Shown: positions 27,658 to 35,714 of the stretch, piece by piece
Layout of the letters: every line of letters begins with the position of its first letter
How positions within the stretch are numbered: position 1 is the first letter of the stretch
Source of the DNA: Chitinophagaceae bacterium
GTDB lineage: Bacteria > Bacteroidota > Bacteroidia > Chitinophagales > Chitinophagaceae
Length of the DNA: 39,189 nt
Assembly (NCBI GenBank): GCA_016786525.1
Contig: JAEUVW010000352.1
Coordinates: forward strand, 1 to 39,189
Direction: 5' to 3'
The notes under the pieces: generated by a model
The model's database searches: none
What the model was told of the DNA's origin: nothing
Seen by the model: only the letters and a program-made list of their open reading frames with translations
Program-made: the position numbers and the translations under genes

Positions 27658-29259
27658 CTATTTTATATAATGGTTGACAAAGGAAAGACCATGTGCATAC
27701 ATTAATCTTTGCCGCTGTTTGTTGTCGGCATGAAGCGGGCACATGGAAAGGAACAACAGCCCGACAATGAACAGGATGTTTTCCTGTTTCATATTCATTT
27801 TGTCAACAAGGTTTGCGCTTAACCGGTCCAGGCTTGCCTGGTTTTCCCTTTCAGGAAAAGAATAGCGGATATCATTTGCCCGCTCCTGGTAATAAAAGAG
27901 GTTATTGACAATATAATCGTAATGCCCTACCGTTGAATGGAGCAGTTTGGCGAGGTCATATTTTTTATCGCCGTAGATGCCCACACACAGCTCGCCGAAG
28001 CTGCCCCTGGGGTCTATAAGCTTTATGGTGTCGCTGACGGTATCGTAGAGGATATTATTGAAGCAGAAATCCCCGTGCATCACACAGAAATCTTCTTCCT
28101 GGTACAAGGAGTCTATTTTCTGCGCAATAGCCGTTTTTATCGACCATACATTTGAACATACAACTCCATTTACGGTAATTGTTTCGCTCGTCCGGAACAG
28201 GTCGTCAGGGGAAAGGCTGTTCAAAAAATCTTCGATCCTGTTCCATGTTTTGTTCAGGTAAAAATCTTCAAAGGCTTTTTTGCCGATAGAGTATGGATGC
28301 GCTCCCTTTTTTGAGAGCGTAAAATAAAGACCGTCGAATATACGGGCCCATTGAAGCGGCTCTAATGTCCGGTACAGCTGGTATTCGGAAAGGTTGGGGT
28401 AACCATAGTATTCCATCTCGACCTTACCGGTATTATGGTCCGACGAAAGCAACCTCGGGTAAAGGATTTGCAGTTCTTTGGGAAGCATCTGCACATAGTT
28501 GATCTCGTGCTGCAGCTTGTCTTTATTTTTACTACGCTTGGTTAATATGCCGGTATAGTTGTCTACCGTGATGGTATTGAAGCTACGGCTGGAAATTAAT
28601 CTCTTCCGGGCTATGGCATAGTTGATCTCATGGCCGGTATCAATCCATTCTGCTTTGGAAAAAGTAAGCGGTGCTTGTTGGTGCAAGGCAATAACAAGTT
28701 CCAAAAGATCTGTTTTATTGCTGATGCCGCTCAATGACTTATTGATAAGCGCCCGGGAGCTCCTTACAATACCCATAAACGCATAAAACGTTTGAGGTCC
28801 ATTCTGGCTTTTCCTGTGCAAGAGGATCTGGTCATCTTCATACAGCATACCGGAATAATCTCCATGACTGGAGGGCTGAGTATCGAATACGGCAGAATGC
28901 TGCAGTACTGGCGCTGTGGGTATGGTTGTTCCTAAATTCACGATCACTTCTTCCTCCCTCACCTGTTGCATCACCTGCTCCAGGGTATCACATACGCCGG
29001 TACTATCAGTGATGGTCATCAACTCAACATGCGTGTAATAGGCAAGCTCTTTCCGGAACAGGTCTTCGTCTTCCTTATTAATCGCCACCAGGATCCGTGC
29101 ATCAGTATTTTCGTAAAACGCAAGAATAAAAGACAGCGTACTTCTGGAGGCAATCGGCACTAATGCCGGGCTATTATATAAGAAGGAATAGCTCTTATAC
29201 TTTTGTTTTACAGACCCTGCAGCGAGAATGACCACTGCTAATGAATGTTGTTGTGACAT
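27658..29259 (-). CDS. Fusion of a degenerate nucleotidyltransferase domain and an APH/choline-kinase-fold kinase
   Basis: N-terminal VVILAAG...PALVPI...WIDTGH; C-terminal SRSFN, MEY, HGDFCFNNILYD, LIDPRG, YDLAKLLHS..GHYD. Confidence 0.8.
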   Translation of the reverse strand: MSQQHSLAVVILAAGSVKQKYKSYSFLYNSPALVPIASRSTLSFILAFYENTDARILVAINKEDEDLFRKELAYYTHVELMTITDSTGVCDTLEQVMQQVREEEVIVNLGTTIPTAPVLQHSAVFDTQPSSHGDYSGMLYEDDQILLHRKSQNGPQTFYAFMGIVRSSRALINKSLSGISNKTDLLELVIALHQQAPLTFSKAEWIDTGHEINYAIARKRLISSRSFNTITVDNYTGILTKRSKNKDKLQHEINYVQMLPKELQILYPRLLSSDHNTGKVEMEYYGYPNLSEYQLYRTLEPLQWARIFDGLYFTLSKKGAHPYSIGKKAFEDFYLNKTWNRIEDFLNSLSPDDLFRTSETITVNGVVCSNVWSIKTAIAQKIDSLYQEEDFCVMHGDFCFNNILYDTVSDTIKLIDPRGSFGELCVGIYGDKKYDLAKLLHSTVGHYDYIVNNLFYYQERANDIRYSFPERENQASLDRLSANLVDKMNMKQENILFIVGLLFLSMCPLHADNKQRQRLMYAHGLSFVNHYIK

Positions 29260-29301
29260 CAGAATTTTTTAAAAGCAAGCAGGAAAATAGGGTAGGTGGG
29301 T

Positions 29302-30438
29302 TTAGCTTCTTTCCTGTATCCGTAGCCACCGCTCCGGGATTTCGTTTTCACTGGCCAGCAGGTAATCGTTGTAACTGCAGGGCTCCATCATGCCATCGGG
29401 CAATTGCATCCACCAGCGGTTGCTGCGTTTGCTTTTCAGGAACATGATGTCGTTGCCGGTAAATTGTACGTGGTATTCCACAAATTCGTTCCTGTCGGAC
29501 AGAGAAGCCTCGCTTTTCCTCAGGAAGAAGCCATCGATAAAGTACCAGAGCATCTGGGCTGCAAGCGTTGCGGTCATGTTATCTTTATCCGCCCGTTCAT
29601 CCAGACCATAGATACCAAAGGAGCTGAGTGCATCGCTCATGCCTGCAAAGCGGGTGAGCACACAGGCTTCTTCGCCGCTGAACCCGTTCGGACTGCCGGT
29701 CTTATTCATCGGGGCGTCGCTGTATTTTACCGCATTCATATCAAAGCTGAACAGGTGGCTGTTGCGCAATACCGGTTCCATGTCTTCGATATGCTCTTTT
29801 ACTTTGCCGAGACGGAAAAAGTCGAAGCGGATCTTGTCCAGTGTCTCCAATACCACCGGGTTTACATAATAGCTCTGGAAGCCGATATGGCTGTAGTGTC
29901 CGATAAAGTTGGGGCTGCCGGTGAGCATATCCATCAGGAAGCTGCGCGCCGTGGCTACTTCCGACTCGTCGAGGTCTACCAGCATATCGACCACAGCGGC
30001 ATTGATGATCTGCTCTGCTCTTTTGAATACTTCATACTGCAGTAAGGTGAGGTCGTGACTGCCTCCCAGGATAATGACCGTTTTGCCGGCAGCATGCAAT
30101 TCCTGCAGTACGATGCGCAGCGCAGCCCTGGTATCGTCTGCCGTAGCGCCCTGCAGTATATTCCCGGCATCATAGATGCGGATACCGGAATGCCAGTTGT
30201 ACAATTGGTAAAACTGTGCCCTTATTGCATCGGGGCTGCTGCTGTAGTGCGTGGTATCCTGCTGTTCCCCGCGGATCTCGCCGCAGCCCAGCAATACGAT
30301 ATCTGCATCAGCGCAATCGAAATGACCATTGGCAGGATAGGAAACCTGGGCCCCCCACTGCAGGGGTTCAAATGCACTCTGATCGATTGTTTCTATATAG
30401 TGCCGGGTGGAAAAGAAGGAGTGAAGGTCTTGCATCAT
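29302..30438 (-). CDS. Arginase/formimidoylglutamase-family protein (Bacteroidota type, with C-terminal extension)
   Basis: PDAIRAQFY, DAGN, ILGGSHD, HIGFQSY, SPNGF, AQMLWYFIDG, KSKRSNRWW. Confidence 0.8.
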   Translation of the reverse strand: MMQDLHSFFSTRHYIETIDQSAFEPLQWGAQVSYPANGHFDCADADIVLLGCGEIRGEQQDTTHYSSSPDAIRAQFYQLYNWHSGIRIYDAGNILQGATADDTRAALRIVLQELHAAGKTVIILGGSHDLTLLQYEVFKRAEQIINAAVVDMLVDLDESEVATARSFLMDMLTGSPNFIGHYSHIGFQSYYVNPVVLETLDKIRFDFFRLGKVKEHIEDMEPVLRNSHLFSFDMNAVKYSDAPMNKTGSPNGFSGEEACVLTRFAGMSDALSSFGIYGLDERADKDNMTATLAAQMLWYFIDGFFLRKSEASLSDRNEFVEYHVQFTGNDIMFLKSKRSNRWWMQLPDGMMEPCSYNDYLLASENEIPERWLRIQERS

Positions 30439-30442
30439 GCCA

Positions 30443-30450
30443 CAAATGTA
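30443..30450 (-). promoter_or_regulatory. -7 promoter element
   Basis: Reverse complement TACATTTG, 4 nt before ATG 30438. Confidence 0.55.
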
Positions 30451-30502
30451 AGGCAATTCGCCAAGGGGAGTGTGCCGGGTGAAATACTATTTTGCGGTAC
30501 AA

Positions 30503-30841
30503 TCAGGCTTCAAAAACGACCCGGGCGTAAGCCATGTTTCCCGGCATCGGGGGCTGCAGTTTGCTGACCGCAACCTTTATTTTCAGTACAAACGGGAATG
30601 CTGCGTATGCCGCAGCATGAATATCCTGCGCTACCCGTTCCAGGGTTTGTTCCTTGGTCACAAAGGCATTCCTGATAATGTTGTTCAGAACGGTGTAATC
30701 GACAAAGCGGCCCCCGGCCACATCGCTTATTGCTGTCTGTACATCGATGTCCACTTCAAAGCGGTTGCCCAGTACCCATTCTTCGGGATACAGGCCAAAG
30801 GGAGCCAGCACTTCGACTTTATGCAGGGAGATCGTAAACAT
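30503..30841 (-). CDS. folB: Dihydroneopterin aldolase
   Basis: FGLYPEE..LGNRFEVDI, VDY, TLERVA, VSKLQPP. Confidence 0.85.
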   Translation of the reverse strand: MFTISLHKVEVLAPFGLYPEEWVLGNRFEVDIDVQTAISDVAGGRFVDYTVLNNIIRNAFVTKEQTLERVAQDIHAAAYAAFPFVLKIKVAVSKLQPPMPGNMAYARVVFEA

Positions 30842-31164
30842 CAGTACAGGTCTATGGAGTAAAGCAGGGTTTTATCTGTGCCTTTGATGCCATAAAGTTT
30901 GTTGCCCGACACTTCGAAACCCTCGTAGAGTGCCATCAGCTGCTCAGCGAGGCGGATACGGCGCTCTTCATCATCCAGTTCCATGATCTCTTCCTCGTCG
31001 GTAAGGCTTGCTTTATACTCCTGGAACTCCTTGTGGTCCAGCACCTCCCGGTCAATCACCTGCATCAGCGCGGCAACTTCCGATGTGGCTTCACCCAAGC
31101 CAAAATCAAACAATTGCTCCAGCAGGGTTTCTTCGTCTTTGAATGTCTGGTTCTGGATATACAT
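30841..31164 (-). CDS. Acidic hypothetical protein
   Basis: 107-aa ORF, TGATG-coupled to folB, with a TACTTTTG -7 element at 31173-31180. Confidence 0.7.
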   Translation of the reverse strand: MYIQNQTFKDEETLLEQLFDFGLGEATSEVAALMQVIDREVLDHKEFQEYKASLTDEEEIMELDDEERRIRLAEQLMALYEGFEVSGNKLYGIKGTDKTLLYSIDLY

Positions 31165-31193
31165 AACGAGTACAAAAGTAGCCTCTTTTCCAT

Positions 31194-31221
31194 AAAAAAG
31201 CCGGGCTGATATCAGCCCGGC
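31194..31221 (-). terminator. Rho-independent terminator after the aminopeptidase
   Basis: AAAAAA followed by the perfect palindrome GCCGGGCTGATATCAGCCCGGC. Confidence 0.8.
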
Positions 31222-31243
31222 CTGGTTCTTTATCGGTCAACAC

Positions 31244-32425
31244 TTAGTTGATATTCATTTTCTGCCTGAATGCAGGGGGAATCCCGTTCTTGTTCAGTAG
31301 GAAGGCTGTGGTCTTGTATTGCACGTACGCTTTGGTGACATACAGGTAGCCTTTGTAATCGTTGGTTGTGCCCCAGCTGTTTTTCACCAGGTAGTACTCG
31401 CGGCCGGTCTGGTCTGTGGCCGTTCCTACGATGTGCATGCCATGGTCGTCGGTAGTGCTGTAATTATCGAAGGCCTGCTGGCGCATAGCGGGAGTGATGG
31501 TGCGTTCCGGTTTCGGTCCGTTGAAGATTTCTTTCTTTTCGGAATCGTTCATGTCGTCGTAGTCTTTTTCAGGAACATAGGCGATACCATTTTTCCAGCT
31601 AAACGATTTTTCGCTGACATCTGTAGCCCAGGATATGGAATATCCTTTTTCCAGTGCATAATCGATAATGTCGGTCATGTCTTTCATTTTCACATTGTAG
31701 ACCTTATCGAAGCTCCAGTTGTCCGGTACCATCAGCATGGTCTTTTTGTAGTAAGGCTTGTCGGTAAACGAAGACAATTCCACATAGTTGTTGGCATTGA
31801 GGCCCACCACTTCGTCGGCAAAGCTTTCGGGGGTATAGGTTTTGCCGTTCCATTTGAAGGTCTCAGGTACTTCACCCAGGTAGCTGTCCATCACCGCGGT
31901 GAATGCTTTCTTCCAGTTCGGAGACAGCTTGCCATTGGGGTTTTTCACCAGCGCATCCAGCATGCCCTGCAATACGGCCTGCATTTCTGCAAATTTATTT
32001 TTCGTCATACCATAGTTCAGGCCGGTATACGCGCTTTGCGGCATAGCGCCGTATTTGCCATACATGTTGATCACATCGTGGCAGGCGCCACCATCTCCCC
32101 AGGCTACAGAGCCATGCATGCGGATGTAGGCATCTGCTTTCTCCAGGTATACATTTCTTGCAGAATAGATCTGCGCCAGTTCAACCGGTTTTTTACCGGC
32201 GCGCATCATTTCGCTTTCCAGGAAGGAGTTGGTGCTGTAGCTCCAGCAGGTGCCGGAACTCGCCTGGTTCTTTACTGAAGTCCTTTCGAGGTCTATCCCT
32301 TTCGTAAATACGAATTTGGCTTTAGAACTGTCGCTGCTGTTCTTTTCGATTTTCTTGACCAGATCGTCCTGCGCCAAAGCGCAGAGCGGGAATATTGCCG
32401 AAGCAACAAAAAATAATTTCTTCAT
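31244..32425 (-). CDS. Secreted C1B cysteine aminopeptidase (PepC/bleomycin-hydrolase-like)
   Basis: NQASSGTCWSYS (catalytic Cys), DDHGMH, KNSWG; signal peptide ALA-Q. Confidence 0.92.
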   Translation of the reverse strand: MKKLFFVASAIFPLCALAQDDLVKKIEKNSSDSSKAKFVFTKGIDLERTSVKNQASSGTCWSYSTNSFLESEMMRAGKKPVELAQIYSARNVYLEKADAYIRMHGSVAWGDGGACHDVINMYGKYGAMPQSAYTGLNYGMTKNKFAEMQAVLQGMLDALVKNPNGKLSPNWKKAFTAVMDSYLGEVPETFKWNGKTYTPESFADEVVGLNANNYVELSSFTDKPYYKKTMLMVPDNWSFDKVYNVKMKDMTDIIDYALEKGYSISWATDVSEKSFSWKNGIAYVPEKDYDDMNDSEKKEIFNGPKPERTITPAMRQQAFDNYSTTDDHGMHIVGTATDQTGREYYLVKNSWGTTNDYKGYLYVTKAYVQYKTTAFLLNKNGIPPAFRQKMNIN

Positions 32426-32527
32426 TATTGTATCAGGGAAATTTGAGGCGCTAAGTTACGACGCAGGCGCTGAAAACAAGCATTGCAGGGCGTGAAAAAC
32501 AAGGTGAGCTTTTCCTTGCAGGGGTTG

Positions 32528-32535
32528 TATTTTTG
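32528..32535 (+). promoter_or_regulatory. -7 promoter element
   Basis: TATTTTTG, 4 nt before ATG 32540. Confidence 0.55.
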
Positions 32536-32539
32536 CAGT

Positions 32540-33136
32540 ATGATCTATTCTTTCAAAGGATTCATTCCTGTAGTACACCCCTCTTCTTTTGTTCACCCGC
32601 AAGCCGCCGTTACCGGCAATGTGATCATCGGGAAAAATGTATACATAGGGCCTGGCGCAGCCTTGCGCGGCGACTGGGGCGGCATCGTCATAGAAGATGG
32701 TTGCAATGTGCAGGAAAACTGTACGATCCACATGTTCCCCGGCAAAACGGTGCTGCTGAAAGAAGCGGCACATATAGGTCACGGGGCCATCATCCATGGG
32801 GGTACGATAGGGCGCAACAGTATGATCGGCATGAATGCGGTGATCATGGACGACGTGGAGATCGGCGATGAATGCATCGTGGGCGCACTCTCCTTTGTCA
32901 ATGCGAATACCCATATCCCTGCCCGCTCCCTGGTCGTGGGCAACCCCGGCAAGATCATCAAACAGGTCAGTGATGAAATGATACTCTGGAAAACGAAAGG
33001 AACCCAACTCTATCAGCAATTGCCGGCAGACTGCTATGAGAGCCTGGTAGCCTGCGAGGCACTGACGGAAATACCCGCTGAACGGCCCGCACAGGAAACA
33101 CTATACGATACCTGGGAACAGATAAAAGGCAAATAA
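32540..33136 (+). CDS. Gamma-carbonic-anhydrase-like hexapeptide repeat protein (PaaY/CaiE-like)
   Basis: LRGDWG, NVQENC.IH, HIGHGAIIHG hexapeptide repeats; start MIYSFKG. Confidence 0.88.
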   Translation: MIYSFKGFIPVVHPSSFVHPQAAVTGNVIIGKNVYIGPGAALRGDWGGIVIEDGCNVQENCTIHMFPGKTVLLKEAAHIGHGAIIHGGTIGRNSMIGMNAVIMDDVEIGDECIVGALSFVNANTHIPARSLVVGNPGKIIKQVSDEMILWKTKGTQLYQQLPADCYESLVACEALTEIPAERPAQETLYDTWEQIKGK

Positions 33137-33170
33137 AAAAACCGCAGTCCTAAAAAGGCTGCGGTTTTTT
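33135..33170. terminator. Bidirectional terminator between convergent genes
   Basis: AAAAAAACCGCAGTC-ctaaaaa-GGCTGCGGTTTTTT. Confidence 0.85.
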
Positions 33171-33192
33171 ATTGTTCAGCAGTTTGTATCTG

Positions 33193-33588
33193 CTAATAGT
33201 ATTTGTTCATTTTGATCAGCGTGTAGATCAGTCCCGGTATGTAGAACAGGATGTACAGGATCAGGGAGATCAGCCAGTCGAAATCGCTGAACGAATCGTT
33301 AATACCCATAGCCAGCCAGCCCAAAGCCAGGATAGCGAGTATGATGTACAGGATAGCGGGCATCACGCCGGAGTCCGCTTTCTTTGTCGCTTTGCTTATT
33401 GCTTTTTGCTGCTGCATTTCCTGCATGGGCACTACCGTTACTTCCGGGGCATTGGCTACCGGTGTTGTCGTGCTTTGCTGTGTGGTCACAGGGGCATTTT
33501 GCTTGATAGGAATCGCCGCATTGCTGATATTGGCTGTGAATACTGCTGCGGCTAAAAATGCCAGGGAGAGTGTCATTAGTTTTTTCAT
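33193..33588 (-). CDS. YqaE/Pmp3-like membrane protein with signal peptide and low-complexity linker
   Basis: C-terminal hydrophobic hairpin ILYIILAIL...ISLILYILFYIPGLIYTL; TATATTTG -7 element at 33610-33617. Confidence 0.75.
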   Translation of the reverse strand: MKKLMTLSLAFLAAAVFTANISNAAIPIKQNAPVTTQQSTTTPVANAPEVTVVPMQEMQQQKAISKATKKADSGVMPAILYIILAILALGWLAMGINDSFSDFDWLISLILYILFYIPGLIYTLIKMNKYY

Positions 33589-33724
33589 ATCCTGAAAGTT
33601 TAATTGGGTCAAATATATTCGTTTATGCGAGTAAAACGGAAAAATGATACGTTAAAGTCTTTAACGAGGCCTTTTTAGCGGTGCATCGAAAGAAGTCCTG
33701 TATTTTTGCGGCCAAAAGAATATT

Positions 33725-34240
33725 ATGGAGTCGCGTTACGCAAAAGAAACAGCCAATATCATGACGGAACTCGTATTGCCCAACGATACCAATACCCTGG
33801 GCAACCTGATGGGAGGACGCCTGATGCACTGGATGGATATCGCAGCGGCAATATCCGCAATGCGCCATTGCAATAAACCGGTGGTAACGGCATCTGTCGA
33901 TAATGTCTCTTTTGCCCGCCCTGTAAAACTGGGCAATATCCTGTCTATCGAGACCAAGGTCACGCGTTCTTTCAACTCCTCGATGGAGGTCTACCTGAAA
34001 GTATCCGGGGAAGACCTTCAGGCCAAAACCAAATATGTCAGCAACGAAGCCTACCTCACTTTTGTGGCGCTGAACCCGGACGGTACCCCGACCAAAGTAC
34101 CCGAACTGATACCCGAGACAGACGAGGAAAAAGAGCGCTACAACGGTGCCCTGCGCCGCAGGCAGCTGCGCCTGATCCTCGGAGGCAAAATGAAAGTGGA
34201 TGAGGCCATAGAGCTGAAAGCCCTGTTTCTTAAAAACTAA
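33725..34240 (+). CDS. Acyl-CoA thioesterase (YciA-like hotdog fold)
   Basis: LPNDTNTLGNLMGG.LMHWMD, VVTASVD, SSMEV; TATTTTTG -7 element at 33701-33708. Confidence 0.92.
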   Translation: MESRYAKETANIMTELVLPNDTNTLGNLMGGRLMHWMDIAAAISAMRHCNKPVVTASVDNVSFARPVKLGNILSIETKVTRSFNSSMEVYLKVSGEDLQAKTKYVSNEAYLTFVALNPDGTPTKVPELIPETDEEKERYNGALRRRQLRLILGGKMKVDEAIELKALFLKN

Positions 34241-34245
34241 GCACG

Positions 34246-34641
34246 ATGAGCGAAAAGCTGCGACTGGACAAATACCTGTGGGCGATCCGTATTTTTAAAA
34301 CCCGAACTTTAGCTGCCGGTGCCATTGAGGGCGGTAAAGTGCGGACCGCCGACGGCCAGGCTTTAAAGTCTTCGCGCTCGGTTTCTATTGGAGATGTATA
34401 TGAGATCAGGACGCCTGCCCGCAAATGGGTAATAGCGGTAACCGGCCTGCTGGCCAACCGTGCAGCTTTTGAGATTGCCGTACAAAATTATGAAGACAGG
34501 ACCCCCGAAGAAGACAAGGACATTTCGAAACCCCTGCCTTCCTCTTTCTATACCGGAAAGCGCCTAAGCAAAACAGGCCGCCCCACTAAGAAACAGCGGC
34601 GCGACCTGAATGATCTGCTTGGAAATGACTCCGAGGATTAA
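34246..34641 (+). CDS. hslR: S4-domain RNA-binding heat shock protein Hsp15
   Basis: RLDKYLWAIRIFKTRTLA, GRPTKKQRR. Confidence 0.9.
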   Translation: MSEKLRLDKYLWAIRIFKTRTLAAGAIEGGKVRTADGQALKSSRSVSIGDVYEIRTPARKWVIAVTGLLANRAAFEIAVQNYEDRTPEEDKDISKPLPSSFYTGKRLSKTGRPTKKQRRDLNDLLGNDSED

Positions 34642-35645
34642 TAAAGCAGGCGGTGGTCGCCGTCCTTTACTTTTACCCAGCTTTTAGCCATGTCTTCGCT
34701 ACGGTAGATTCCTTTATCTGTAGCGATATAAATGACTTTTTTGGTTGCATCGTTTTTGTAATAATTGTCTTTGGCCACAATAGAGTACACTTTGGTAAGG
34801 CCGGCCAAACCTGTATTGGAAGCAGTAAACTTGGTGCCTTCCGCTACATAGACCCCGCTATCGGTACCGATCAGCAGTTTTTCAAATGCGCCATAGGTAG
34901 CATACAAGGTTGTTTTAGGGACGCCTGTATATTGCTTGAATGAGTTTCCGCTATCGATACTGTACCAGGATCCTTCCAGGCCATCATAGTCTGTAGCAAT
35001 CAGTGTTTTGCCAAAGTGGGACAGGTAGAAGTTATACGGCTTGGGTAATGAGCCAGCGTCACGCTGCCGCCATTTTGCAGCAGAATCCGTGCGCATGTAC
35101 AGCTTGCTGCCCACCAGGGAATAGCAGAACAGTACATCATCCCCTGCTATTGTCAACGACTCTGTGGAAGGAGCAGCCTCTGTCCAGGCAGTGTCTGCAT
35201 TGTAATATTCACCATGGGAGGGGCTGATGGAAAGCCCGCCGAAACCGCTGACATTGACCAGCTGTACCGTCTTAAACTTAGGCACATCCAGCAGGAAGCC
35301 GGGCCATTTGATATTGGTAGGTACAGATACATTGAGGTTGGGGATCGCATCAAAGGTCCGTCCTTCGTTTTTGCTGTAAAACACCGTTGCATTTTTAACA
35401 ATGATCAGGTTGTTTTTTGATACGGTCATCGAACGGATCGGGGTGCCATCTCCTGAAAATATGGTTTTGTAGTTGGTACCATCGTTGGTTTTGTACAATG
35501 TACCCTGTTTATCCACTGCGTACAATACGTATGGCCTCTGGATCACATTGTTATTGTCAATGCCGTTCTCTTTCTTACAACTTTGAGTAGCTAATGCCAG
35601 CAGGGTCAGTAGCGATAGTTTTCCCAAAAGATTTTTTGTTTTCAT
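34638..35645 (-). CDS. Lipoprotein with BNR/Asp-box beta-propeller
   Basis: Lipobox TQSC; Asp-boxes YKTNDGTNY, YSKNEGRTF, YSIDSGNSF, YRSEDMAKSW. Confidence 0.75.
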   Translation of the reverse strand: MKTKNLLGKLSLLTLLALATQSCKKENGIDNNNVIQRPYVLYAVDKQGTLYKTNDGTNYKTIFSGDGTPIRSMTVSKNNLIIVKNATVFYSKNEGRTFDAIPNLNVSVPTNIKWPGFLLDVPKFKTVQLVNVSGFGGLSISPSHGEYYNADTAWTEAAPSTESLTIAGDDVLFCYSLVGSKLYMRTDSAAKWRQRDAGSLPKPYNFYLSHFGKTLIATDYDGLEGSWYSIDSGNSFKQYTGVPKTTLYATYGAFEKLLIGTDSGVYVAEGTKFTASNTGLAGLTKVYSIVAKDNYYKNDATKKVIYIATDKGIYRSEDMAKSWVKVKDGDHRLLY

Positions 35646-35714
35646 TATGAACAATTTTCTCCTAAATTAAAATATTTTTTCTTAAATCAAAAATTAGCTA
35701 TTTGATTTTTGCGC

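Noticed and set aside
31319-32278. 319-aa plus-strand ORF
   Set aside because: Antisense to the C1B aminopeptidase.
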